A stretch of 64,000 bases of DNA from an uncultured Nitrospinota bacterium (GTDB taxonomy: Bacteria; Tectomicrobia; Entotheonellia; J063; CAVPRW01): contig CAVPRW010000042.1 in the NCBI GenBank assembly GCA_963707985.1, positions 32,001 through 96,000 on the forward strand, given 5' to 3'. Under the pieces are notes generated by a model, which searched no databases, was not told the DNA's origin, and was given only the letters and a program-made list of their open reading frames with translations. Of the stretch, positions 31,735 to 40,760 are shown piece by piece. The position numbers were made by a program, and so were the translations under genes. The number at the start of each line of letters is the position of its first letter. The stretch's first letter is position 1.

Positions 31735-32053
31735 CTACTGGCCTGTACGTGCAGGTGACGGCGGGGGAAGGTTGTCAGGCACAGCGTTTTTAGTGGGTTT
31801 CACACGTCGCAAGTATGCCCACAGCGCTTGTAAGTCCGCATCTGTCGCGTGGGAATATGCCGGCTATGGCATGGGAGGTAGTATCACTGCCCCATTTGGT
31901 TTGTGGCCAGTGCGCATAGCCTTCATGAAGTCGGCCCCGGTCCAGGTGCCGAGCCCCGTTTCCGGGTCGGGGGTCAGATTCCTCGTGAAGCTCACGCCCC
32001 ATGGACCCGCCCATGAGGTGTTGGTTGCGGTTCAAAAGGTAGGCTCGGGTGCA
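31735..32053 (-). pseudogene. Cytochrome c C-terminal relic
   Basis: Minus strand reads WAGPWGVSFTRNLTPDPETGLGTW..FMKAMRTG..ILPPMP*PAY..DADLQALWAYL; internal stop, no CxxCH-containing N-terminus. Confidence 0.75.
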
Positions 32054-32139
32054 TAACCTCTGCGATCTTCTGAAACTCGGCCAAGCGGTATGGAGGCGGT
32101 ATGGAGATGGATTCCCTCTCTACCCCCGTAAGGAAGCTG

Positions 32140-32967
32140 CTAATGGATATCACCTACGCTCACCTTTTCCAAGACGACGCGGAAATCGGGGATGATGTCC
32201 CGCACCCCCTCGACGCCTTCGATTGCCCGTATGACTTCGCGTTCCAGGCCAAAGCCTGGCAGTCCTCCCCAGGCATACACACTGCCCTTCTGCACGAGGA
32301 GATTCAGGATGACTGACCGGGTCTCCTCTTTTACTGCCAACGCTGCTTCCACCCGAGCCTTCACGGTAAGGTCCTGGAGGGCTTGCTCCGATGCTGGTGT
32401 GGGTTGGAACTCTGGACGCTTGGCCGACTCCGCTACCTGCTGAGCCGCGTCTTCAAGGGACATTCGGCCCAGATTCAAGAGCAGATCATACCGGCGCGGA
32501 TCTTGCCAGTCCACCCCGAAGAATTCCTGCACGCGACGTGCTCGAATATCGTCGACTCTGGCAATATACAAGTATGCCGACGCCTGATCCATCTGGCGCT
32601 GCTCCCGCACTCGTGCAACCCGATAGGTCAACGGCGCCAGCAGGCGCACTTTCAACACATGTTGAATGCCAGGCAGAAATTCTTGTCCGCCGTGCCCATG
32701 GTAGACGATTTTTCCTCCCTGGACGACCTCGCACATCGCGGCCTGCATCACGACTCGATAGAGACGGACCAGCTCCGGCTTCATAGGGGTGACCTCTGGC
32801 GGCGTTTCCATCAACTCCGTCAACTTCGCCTCGGGAATTTCGTAGCGTGTCGCCGCCTCCATGAGCAACTCTCGACTCATGGAGCGGTAACCCAATATCT
32901 CGGCCACACGTTCCGCCAACGCCTGACCGCTGCTGAAAAGTCCTCGTGAAATCGTGACGATCGACAT
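32140..32967 (-). CDS. Cytidylate kinase-like family protein with BON-like C-terminus
   Basis: IVTISRG..S.G..LA, LKVRL.AP, DW.DP..YDL.LN. Confidence 0.88.
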   Translation of the reverse strand: MSIVTISRGLFSSGQALAERVAEILGYRSMSRELLMEAATRYEIPEAKLTELMETPPEVTPMKPELVRLYRVVMQAAMCEVVQGGKIVYHGHGGQEFLPGIQHVLKVRLLAPLTYRVARVREQRQMDQASAYLYIARVDDIRARRVQEFFGVDWQDPRRYDLLLNLGRMSLEDAAQQVAESAKRPEFQPTPASEQALQDLTVKARVEAALAVKEETRSVILNLLVQKGSVYAWGGLPGFGLEREVIRAIEGVEGVRDIIPDFRVVLEKVSVGDIH

Positions 32968-33452
32968 ATGAACAGCCTCCTTTCATGCTGCAAGCTACGC
33001 CAGCCGACGGCCGCTGGGCTCTTGCCGGCCGAAAAGCACGTGGCTCACTGCCGGAGGACACCGGTGATCAGGGTATTTGTCTCTGTAAGAGCCCTCGCTT
33101 TTGATGACAACTTCCGCGCCATCGGGCATCGACTGTCTCCACATCGAGGTCCAGGAAACCATCCTAGCATAAATCGCGCGCATTCTCTGGCAGAAATCGC
33201 GGGAACCGGATAAGCACATCATGACATGTCTCGCCATTTGCCCAACGCCGGTCATATTTGTGATGCTGAACATTGTCGCCGGGCGACAGCTCAACAAGCC
33301 GAGGTTGATGGAGCACCGCGAGAGCGCAGGTGGGGCTCGTCTTGCTGCGGTATGGCATAACTCGGTAGACTCTTGTGAAGATGGTACTCCTGGAACGGGC
33401 GCAGCTCCGCGCATGCTTGAGCCAACGGGTAGTAGAGGTCACATTGGCCACA

Positions 33453-33481
33453 TTGACTTTAAGGAGCAGTTCCCCTATGAT
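33453..33481 (+). promoter_or_regulatory. Sigma70-type promoter
   Basis: TTGACT-17 nt-TATGAT. Confidence 0.6.
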
Positions 33482-33886
33482 TCCAAACTCGTGACGGCTC
33501 ACCCCAAGGAGGCAGAATGCGAACAATCGATCGAGCCATCAGTGCTCGGGCGAGGAACTAGACAATCCACCATGATGACGCAAGGGTGGACGTGTGCAGC
33601 GATCAGTGAGAGATGTGGGGAGAGAGGAGGCTGTCTTTACTCGCTGAGTGTGAAGCGGGAGACATCTCACTGAGGCGGTGATGACCAGAAGTCTTACGGC
33701 GCTCTCCTTCCTGGAGGCAGCGCCAGCCTTGGTGAAGGATTACGAGCATTTGCATGGGTTCAAGAGCCGTATCGAGACCATCTGCTTGGACAAGCCATCA
33801 GGGAGGCCACAACGGCATCCGGTGGCTGCGCGATGGGATGCAGTCGCGAGACATTGCACCACAATCGCGAAAGAGGAGACTTGACC

Positions 33887-34195
33887 ATGATCATGCGGAT
33901 TACCTGGGGCAGAATTCATCCTGGCAAGTGGGAAGAATACGAGAAGACGTACAATGCTACGGTGGTGGCTAAGAGTAAGAATATCAAGGGGCTGAGAGGG
34001 CGCTGGTTGGCCCAAGATACGGCCGATAAAGATGCCGGCTATTCCGTCAGTCTATGGGATAGCACCGAGGATATGGAAGCGTACGAGCACAGTGAGTTTT
34101 TCAAGAAAGAGATCCTTGCCCCATTGCAGCCGTTTCACATCAATGCCTTCACGACCACGCACTGCGAAGTCAAATACGCTCAAGAGTTCAAATAG
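33887..34195 (+). CDS. ABM-like dimeric alpha/beta barrel protein
   Basis: GAGGAG RBS; IHPGKWEEY..KGL.G..SVSLWDSTEDM pattern. Confidence 0.75.
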   Translation: MIMRITWGRIHPGKWEEYEKTYNATVVAKSKNIKGLRGRWLAQDTADKDAGYSVSLWDSTEDMEAYEHSEFFKKEILAPLQPFHINAFTTTHCEVKYAQEFK

Positions 34196-34364
34196 CTACC
34201 CACCCTGGCCCCGACCTCTCCCAGCGACAGGGGAGGTCGGAGGGGGGAGCGATGACATGGCTTCTTTGTGGCATCAGCTCCACGCGTTCTGGGGCGTGGC
34301 CCTCCGTCATGCGCACGTCCTGAGGCGTCTATGAACGGTGTGCGGTATCACAAGGAGCGCCGCT

Positions 34365-35174
34365 GTGCCTTTTAACACCATCCTTTATGACGTGCAGGAG
34401 AATATTCTTACCATCACGTTTAACCGCCCCGAGAAGCTCAATGCGTTTAGCCGTGAGCTTGTGCACGAGACCATCGAGGCGTTCCAACTCGCCGAAGCCG
34501 ACGATGAGGTCCATCTCGTCATTGTCACTGGCGCCGGGCGGGCCTTCTCAGCTGGTTATGACATCTCAGGTGGACGTGATGAGCAGGAGCGCTCACCTTA
34601 CAATTGGCGACTACATCAACGCGAGAATTTAACCTTCAGTCTGCAGCCCTGGCAGGTGAGTAAACCGGTGATCGCCATGGTCAATGGCTTTTGCCTGGCC
34701 GGGGCTTGTGAATTCGCCCTGATGTGCGACCTCCGAGTTGCCTCCGATAAAGCGACCTTTGGGGAACCGGAAATCCGCTTCGGCGCTGGGGCTCCCATCC
34801 TCATCACGCCATGGATCGTGGGGCTCACCAAGGCTAAGGAATTGCTGTACACTGGTGACACGATGGATGCGCATGAAGCCCTGCGCTTGAACATGATCAA
34901 CAAGGTGGTGCCGCACGAGACGCTCCAAGAAGAAACGCACAAGCTGGCCCGACGCATTCTCAAAATCGCTCCTGAGAACATCCGCCTGACCAAACAGGCG
35001 ATCAACAAGACCTTCGAGATGATGGGCCTCAAAAACGCGCTAGAATATAACGTCGAAGTCGTGACCATCATGGAAAACACTGAAACGGAGGTGCAACGTA
35101 CCTTCAATCAGATCAAGCAGGAGAAAGGACTGCGGGCAGCGTTGGATTGGCGGGATGCACGCTTTAGGGAGTAA
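34365..35174 (+). CDS. Enoyl-CoA hydratase/isomerase family protein
   Basis: NRPEKLNA, FSAGYD, KPVIAMVNG, FGEPEIRFG. Confidence 0.93.
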   Translation: MPFNTILYDVQENILTITFNRPEKLNAFSRELVHETIEAFQLAEADDEVHLVIVTGAGRAFSAGYDISGGRDEQERSPYNWRLHQRENLTFSLQPWQVSKPVIAMVNGFCLAGACEFALMCDLRVASDKATFGEPEIRFGAGAPILITPWIVGLTKAKELLYTGDTMDAHEALRLNMINKVVPHETLQEETHKLARRILKIAPENIRLTKQAINKTFEMMGLKNALEYNVEVVTIMENTETEVQRTFNQIKQEKGLRAALDWRDARFRE

Positions 35175-35238
35175 AGAGGAAGATAGCCCTTGCCTCCCCT
35201 GCGGAGACGGGGCGCAAGAAAGGGGACCATCCTCGCGC

Positions 35239-35268
35239 TTGACACACACGGCGGCTGTTGTATAGAAT
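35239..35268 (+). promoter_or_regulatory. Sigma70-type promoter facing an intergenic region with no convincing CDS
   Basis: TTGACA-18 nt-TAGAAT. Confidence 0.6.
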
Positions 35269-35272
35269 AACG

Positions 35273-35431
35273 GCTAGCCTGACAGGTGGGCGCGAGGACT
35301 GAGGTCTCACAGTTGGGCCATGCTGGGGGGAGTTGGGGACGCTTCGCACGACGTCGAAGGACAATTCCCTACCCAAAGGTAGGTCCTCACGACGGCAAAT
35401 ACAGCCATCAATGCGGTGATGGCAGGCTATC
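35273..35431 (+). ncRNA. Candidate structured ncRNA, family unassigned
   Basis: Own promoter; nested helices TAGCCTG/CAGGCTA, GAGGAC/GTCCTC, GGGAGTTG/CAATTCCC, CTTCG/CGAAG, plus GCCATCA/TGATGGC. Confidence 0.5.
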
Positions 35432-35633
35432 TTACCATGTATACGCCAGTAATTGCTGGTTGTGGTAGGAGACCCTAGGCAACCTGGCTCTTCTCACGCA
35501 TGGGCCCAGAGCCCGACGTCAACCGCACACATTTGCGGTCTTGTGCTATTGCTTGCTCGACGCCTCGCATTGGCGTGCCCGCCAGGCTGCTTTCGACCAT
35601 GACGGTCCTCCCGTCCCCTTCCGGCTCTCTGGT

Positions 35634-36893
35634 TTATACTTGTGCCTGCAACCGAGTGACGACTTCAGCGAGAGAGATCTCTTCCTGCTCCCCCCCCTGC
35701 ATGTCTTTGAGGGCCACCTTGCCGGCCGCTAACTCACGTTCACCCAGCATGACGGTATACGCTGCACCGAGCCGATTGGCACGCCGCAGCTGGCTACGCA
35801 GACTCTTCTCATCATAACCTATCTCGGTGCGGAGCCCGGCGCTGCGGAGTTGTTCGACCAGTATGAAGGCTTCACGCAACGCTGATACACCCAGCGGCGC
35901 AACGAATACCTGGAGACGTGGTTCCGGATTTTTCAGGCCGTGGTGTTCGAGGGCTGTGACCAGCCGTTCAAACCCGATGGCGAACCCGATGCCTGGAGTG
36001 GGCGGGCCGCCGATCGCTTCAATCAGGCCATCATAACGTCCACCGCCGGTCACGGAGTCTTGCGCCCCCAGTCCTTCAGCAATCACTTCGAACGTCGTGC
36101 GCGTATAGTAATCCAACCCGCGAACGAGCTTAGGATTGAGGACGTAGCTGATACCAACGCCAGCGAGGAGGTCGGCCAGCGTTTCGAAATGCTCCCGACA
36201 CGGACCACAAAGAAATGCCATGGTCTGCGGCGCGTCGTGCATGACGGCACGGCAACCTTCTTTTTTGCAGTCGAGTACGCGCAGCGGGTTGCGCTCATAG
36301 CGCCCCTGGCATTCCGGGCAGAGGTGAGCCAGATGGCGGCGGATGTAGCTCTTGAGCTCCTCACGGTAGCCCGGTCGACAGACTGTATCCCCCAGGGAAT
36401 TTAGGTGCAACTGCAGGTGTTGCAGTCCAAGCTGCCGTAGAAAAGTCATAAGCATGGTCAGGATTTCGGCGTCGACGACTGGGCTGGCTTCACCGATGGC
36501 TTCTACGTCGATCTGATAAAACTGGCGAAAGCGTCCGGCCTGGGGGCGTTCGTAGCGGAACATTGGACCAATACAGTAGAACTTCACAAAGCCCGGCTGT
36601 TGGTGGAGCTTGTGCTCAACGTACGCACGCACGATACCGGCGGTGGCCTCAGGCCGTAGGGTCAATGACTCACCACCCCGATCCTCGAAGGAGTACATCT
36701 CCTTCTCGACGATATCGGACGTATCGCCGATCGAGCGCGAAAATAAGCTGGTGTGCTCGAAGATCGGCACCTTGATCTCCGCAAAGCCATAGCGCTCGAA
36801 CACCTCTCGTGCCACACGCTCGATAAACTGCCACTTCTCAACCTCGCCGGGGAGGATATCTTTGACTCCTCGGATCGCTTTGATCTCCATCAT
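35634..36893 (-). CDS. hisS: Histidine--tRNA ligase
   Basis: RGVKD, KEMY.F.D, LRPEATA, FRYERPQAGRFRQF, RGLDYY, GGGRYD. Confidence 0.97.
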   Translation of the reverse strand: MMEIKAIRGVKDILPGEVEKWQFIERVAREVFERYGFAEIKVPIFEHTSLFSRSIGDTSDIVEKEMYSFEDRGGESLTLRPEATAGIVRAYVEHKLHQQPGFVKFYCIGPMFRYERPQAGRFRQFYQIDVEAIGEASPVVDAEILTMLMTFLRQLGLQHLQLHLNSLGDTVCRPGYREELKSYIRRHLAHLCPECQGRYERNPLRVLDCKKEGCRAVMHDAPQTMAFLCGPCREHFETLADLLAGVGISYVLNPKLVRGLDYYTRTTFEVIAEGLGAQDSVTGGGRYDGLIEAIGGPPTPGIGFAIGFERLVTALEHHGLKNPEPRLQVFVAPLGVSALREAFILVEQLRSAGLRTEIGYDEKSLRSQLRRANRLGAAYTVMLGERELAAGKVALKDMQGGEQEEISLAEVVTRLQAQV

Positions 36894-36940
36894 TGTGCCC
36901 CTTCCTGGTGGCATTTGCCCTTCGTGGCTGCTCGAAGGGG

Positions 36941-36970
36941 ATTGTAACAGAGCGGTTAGCGGGATGTCAA
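36941..36970 (-). promoter_or_regulatory. hisS promoter
   Basis: TTGACA-18 nt-TACAAT on minus strand. Confidence 0.6.
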
Positions 36971-37059
36971 AGCAGCGGACAGCTGGGCGAGAATGTGTTA
37001 CCATTTCGCGAACGACTGGAGCTTCCGGCAGGGAATGAAGGTCAGAAAAAGGAGGAGGT

Positions 37060-38139
37060 ATGGGTAAGTACACCATCGGGGTGATTCCCGGCGACGGGGT
37101 GGGCAAAGAGGTGGTAGACGAAGGTATCCGGATCATGGAGATACTGGGCATGCAGGTCCCCAATTTGGCGTTCGCCTTCGTGCGGTTCGATTGGGGGTCG
37201 GAGTTTTACTTCCATCATGGCCGCATGATGCCAGAGGACGCGCTCGACACACTTGCCACATTCGATGCCATCTATCTGGGAGCGGTTGGCGATCCACGTC
37301 TCCCCGATCATGTCACCCTGCAGGGGTTACTGCTGCCGATTCGCCGCGCCTTTGATCAGTATGTCAACGTGCGGCCAGCCTTCCTCTACGAAGGCATAGA
37401 GTCCCCCTTGAGGGGCAAGAAGCCGGGGGACATCGATATGCTCGTCGTGCGTGAGAACACCGAGGGGGAATACTCGGATATCGGCGGCCGCGTCTACCAG
37501 GGGAGTGATCGCGAGGTCGTCGTCCAGGGGGCGATGTTCACGCGCTGGGGCACCGAGCGCGTTATCCGCTACGCCTTCGACCTCGCCCGCCAGCGCCCGA
37601 GAAAACATCTGACCTCGATCACCAAGTCGAATGCCCAGCGCCATAGCATGGTGTTCTGGGATGAGGTCTTTCGCGCTGTAGCCAAGGATTACCCGGATGT
37701 CCAGACGAACTCGCAGCTCGTCGATGCTGCCTGTCTAAATTTCGTCTTGCGCCCCGAGCGCTTCGATGTCGTGGTGGCCTCCAACCTCTTTGGGGATATC
37801 CTCACCGACCTCAGCGCCGCACTCGTCGGTGGACTGGGTCTGGCACCAGCGGCAAATCTGAACCCCTCCCGCCAGTATCCCTCGATGTTCGAGCCAGTGC
37901 ATGGGTCGGCCCCTGATATCGCCGGCAAGGGGATCGCGAATCCGCTCGCATCGATTCTGACGGCGGGCATGATGCTTGACTTCCTCAATGAGAAGACGGC
38001 TGCCGGTCTGATCAATCGAGCCGTGGCGCAGATATTAGCCGAGGGCAAGGTGCGCACGCCAGATATGGGCGGCCACGCCACTACACGGCAAGTTGGTGAC
38101 GAGGTCATTCGCACCATTCAGAGTCTGCAGAGCGCATAA
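37060..38139 (+). CDS. Tartrate/D-malate dehydrogenase (isocitrate/isopropylmalate dehydrogenase family)
   Basis: IPGDGVG, RENTEGEY, TKSNAQRHSMVFWD, SNLFGDILTD, FEPVHGSAPDIAG. Confidence 0.88.
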   Translation: MGKYTIGVIPGDGVGKEVVDEGIRIMEILGMQVPNLAFAFVRFDWGSEFYFHHGRMMPEDALDTLATFDAIYLGAVGDPRLPDHVTLQGLLLPIRRAFDQYVNVRPAFLYEGIESPLRGKKPGDIDMLVVRENTEGEYSDIGGRVYQGSDREVVVQGAMFTRWGTERVIRYAFDLARQRPRKHLTSITKSNAQRHSMVFWDEVFRAVAKDYPDVQTNSQLVDAACLNFVLRPERFDVVVASNLFGDILTDLSAALVGGLGLAPAANLNPSRQYPSMFEPVHGSAPDIAGKGIANPLASILTAGMMLDFLNEKTAAGLINRAVAQILAEGKVRTPDMGGHATTRQVGDEVIRTIQSLQSA

Positions 38140-38187
38140 CATTGCATTATTGGGCTTGAGTGACCTGTCAATCCGATATCTGCAGCC

Positions 38188-38239
38188 TTGACAGCCCTTG
38201 AGTGCTTGCTATAATTGGCCGCACATCTGGTCTGACCAG
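38188..38239 (+). promoter_or_regulatory. Consensus sigma70 promoter plus GntR/FadR-type operator
   Basis: TTGACA-16 nt-TATAAT with TG extension; palindrome CTGGTCTGACCAG at 38227-38239. Confidence 0.7.
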
Positions 38240-38317
38240 TATACGTGCGGCGCTAACCACGGCACCCCCACCCATGAACGGTGCAACGACGGGGGATGGT
38301 TCCGGAGTGAAATGCTA

Positions 38318-39433
38318 ATGGCCGAGCATGCAGTTATCACCCAAGAGATGGTTGACGACGTGAAGCGGCGTCTCGGGGAGACTATCACCCCGACCACGCC
38401 CTTCTTCAACACCGAGGCCTCACACGATACGATTCGTCACTTTTGTGATGCCGTGGGCGATGCAAATCCGCTCTATCGTGACGATGCCTATGCCAGCAAG
38501 ACACGCTACGGCACGATTATCGCCCCTTCCTGCTTCTTATATAGCGTATGCTGGGCGACAGGGCGCGTCGGCTTTCCTGGTATCCACGCCTGGAACTCAG
38601 GCAGCGATTGGGAGTGGTTTCATCCCATTCGCCTGGGCGACCGTTTCACCTATACGATGACGCTCACCGACCTCCAGGAAAAACGCAGCGAGATGGCTGG
38701 ACGGGTCTTCATGGAATACATGCGCGTGGATTATCGCAACCAGCACGAAGCGTTAGTAGCGAGCTGCACTGGCTGGAGTGTTCGGGCTGAGCGTCGTGCC
38801 TCCGGTGAACGTGGCAAGTATAGCGCCATCGAGAAAGCGCAGTATACCCGCGAGCAGCTCGAAGCCATCTGGGACGATTACGATCGCGAGGAGATTCGCG
38901 GCTCCAATCCGCGCTATTGGGAGGATGTCAATGTCGGCGAGGCGCTGACTCCTGTGGTCAAAGGTCCCCTTACCCTGCGCGACCTGGTAACCTGGGTTAT
39001 GGGAGCGGGCTCGCCCTATATGCGAGCGCATCGTTTTGCTTTGGAGTATGAACGGCGGCACCCGTCGATTGTGATGATCGATTCACAGACGGGGCAGATG
39101 GATGTGCCAGAACTTGTCCATATGGAAGAAACACGGGCTCAGGAGATCGGTATCCCCGGCGCCTACGATTATGGGTGTCAGCGCAGCTCGTGGCTGGGGC
39201 ACGTGTTGACCAACTGGATGGGGGATGACGGCTTCCTGAAAAAATTCTACATGGAGCTGCGCCGCTTCAACGTTGTCGGCGATACCACTTGGTGCAAGGG
39301 CAAAGTGACGCGCAAATACGTTGAGAACGGCGAACATCTGGTGGACCTCGAAGTCTGGGCCGAAAACCAGCGCGGCGAGGTGACAGCCCCCGGACGAGCG
39401 CTGGTGCGCTTGCCGTCGAAATCGCTAGTATGA
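38318..39433 (+). CDS. Tandem MaoC-like (double hot-dog) dehydratase
   Basis: IRHFCDAVGDANPLY, WEWFHPI..GD; second domain YWEDVNVGE, VGDTTWCKG.V..K. Confidence 0.85.
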   Translation: MAEHAVITQEMVDDVKRRLGETITPTTPFFNTEASHDTIRHFCDAVGDANPLYRDDAYASKTRYGTIIAPSCFLYSVCWATGRVGFPGIHAWNSGSDWEWFHPIRLGDRFTYTMTLTDLQEKRSEMAGRVFMEYMRVDYRNQHEALVASCTGWSVRAERRASGERGKYSAIEKAQYTREQLEAIWDDYDREEIRGSNPRYWEDVNVGEALTPVVKGPLTLRDLVTWVMGAGSPYMRAHRFALEYERRHPSIVMIDSQTGQMDVPELVHMEETRAQEIGIPGAYDYGCQRSSWLGHVLTNWMGDDGFLKKFYMELRRFNVVGDTTWCKGKVTRKYVENGEHLVDLEVWAENQRGEVTAPGRALVRLPSKSLV

Positions 39434-40644
39434 AGCCCGGACCACTGAAAGCATTGCGCATCGTCGAGTACAGCACCTCGATTGCAGCGGCGGCTACCGG
39501 CAAAATTCTAGCCGACCTCGGGGCCGAGCTGATCAAAGTCGAGCCGCCACGCACCGGCGATCCTGCCCGCTATCACGGACCTTTCCCCAACGATCTTCCT
39601 GATTCCGAACGCAGTGGCCTATTCCTGTGTCTCAATACCAATAAGCGCGGCATTACGCTCGATCCTACGCGGCCAACGGGACGAGAGCTGCTGCTCCACT
39701 TGTTAGCTGAGGCGGATGTCTTCTTGCACAACTGGTCGCCGGCCCAAGCCGAGAAGCTAGGTCTTGAGTATGAGCAACTCCGGCAGCGTCACGCGCCTCT
39801 CATCGTCACCGCCGTGACGCCCTATGGCTCAACGGGACCATATGCCGACTATCAGGGGGCTGACATCACGGCCTGCGCCGCCGGCGGTGTCAGCGTTGGC
39901 ACCGGTTTCCCCGACCGTCCTCCGCTCACGCTGCCCCTGTCGTTGGGTGCACATTTCGCCAGCGTGGCGGCCTCTGCGGCGACTCTTCTCGCCATTTTTA
40001 GCCGGGATGTCACTGGTCGGGGGCAATTTGTGGATGTCTCGGAGACCGATGTCCTGGCTATCCTACTGGCCGGATATGGCATTCCAACATATATCTATCG
40101 TGGTGTAACCGGCATTCGCGCTGGCCGCCATATGAGTCTAGGGCTGTACCCGAATGCGGTTTTCGAATGTCAGGATGGCTTTGTCTGTATCGATTGCCCG
40201 CAGTTGGCGCAATGGAACCGGTTGTTAGAGGTCATAGGCAACCCGCCCTGGGTCAAGGAGCCACGATATCGCGATCGGCGACAGATTACGGAAGAGTATC
40301 CCCATGAGGTTGACGCGCTGATGGCGCCCTGGCTGAGGGCACAAGACAAGGGAACGATTTTCGGGCAAACGCAGGCCCAACGTATCCCCACCGGGCCGGT
40401 GAACACCATGAGAGATGTGGTCGAAGACGCGCATCTACGCGACCGCCACTACTTCGTCAGCGTTGAGCGCGACGACACGGGTCCACTGACCTATCCTGGG
40501 GCTCCCTACCGTTTCAGCCAATCCCCGTGGGCTGTGCGCCGCCCCGCTCCACACCTGGGAGAGCACAATGAAGAAATCTATGGCGGGCGGCTGGGGGTGT
40601 CGCGCGCCGAGAGACTCTTCTTGTGGCAGACGGGGATCATCTAG
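39430..40644 (+). CDS. Family III (CaiB/BaiF) CoA-transferase
   Basis: LADLGAELIKVEPP, LNTNKRGITLD, PAPHLGEHN. Confidence 0.92.
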   Translation: MKPGPLKALRIVEYSTSIAAAATGKILADLGAELIKVEPPRTGDPARYHGPFPNDLPDSERSGLFLCLNTNKRGITLDPTRPTGRELLLHLLAEADVFLHNWSPAQAEKLGLEYEQLRQRHAPLIVTAVTPYGSTGPYADYQGADITACAAGGVSVGTGFPDRPPLTLPLSLGAHFASVAASAATLLAIFSRDVTGRGQFVDVSETDVLAILLAGYGIPTYIYRGVTGIRAGRHMSLGLYPNAVFECQDGFVCIDCPQLAQWNRLLEVIGNPPWVKEPRYRDRRQITEEYPHEVDALMAPWLRAQDKGTIFGQTQAQRIPTGPVNTMRDVVEDAHLRDRHYFVSVERDDTGPLTYPGAPYRFSQSPWAVRRPAPHLGEHNEEIYGGRLGVSRAERLFLWQTGII

Positions 40645-40760
40645 CTCTCCCATGCTCCCTCTGTGAGGGTCTCACGGTGAGGGGATGTGCGCCATTCCTG
40701 CTCTAGCTATTCGCTCGGAAAAGCTTTACAAGCGTGAGTCCAGACGAGAGGGAGGGCCAC

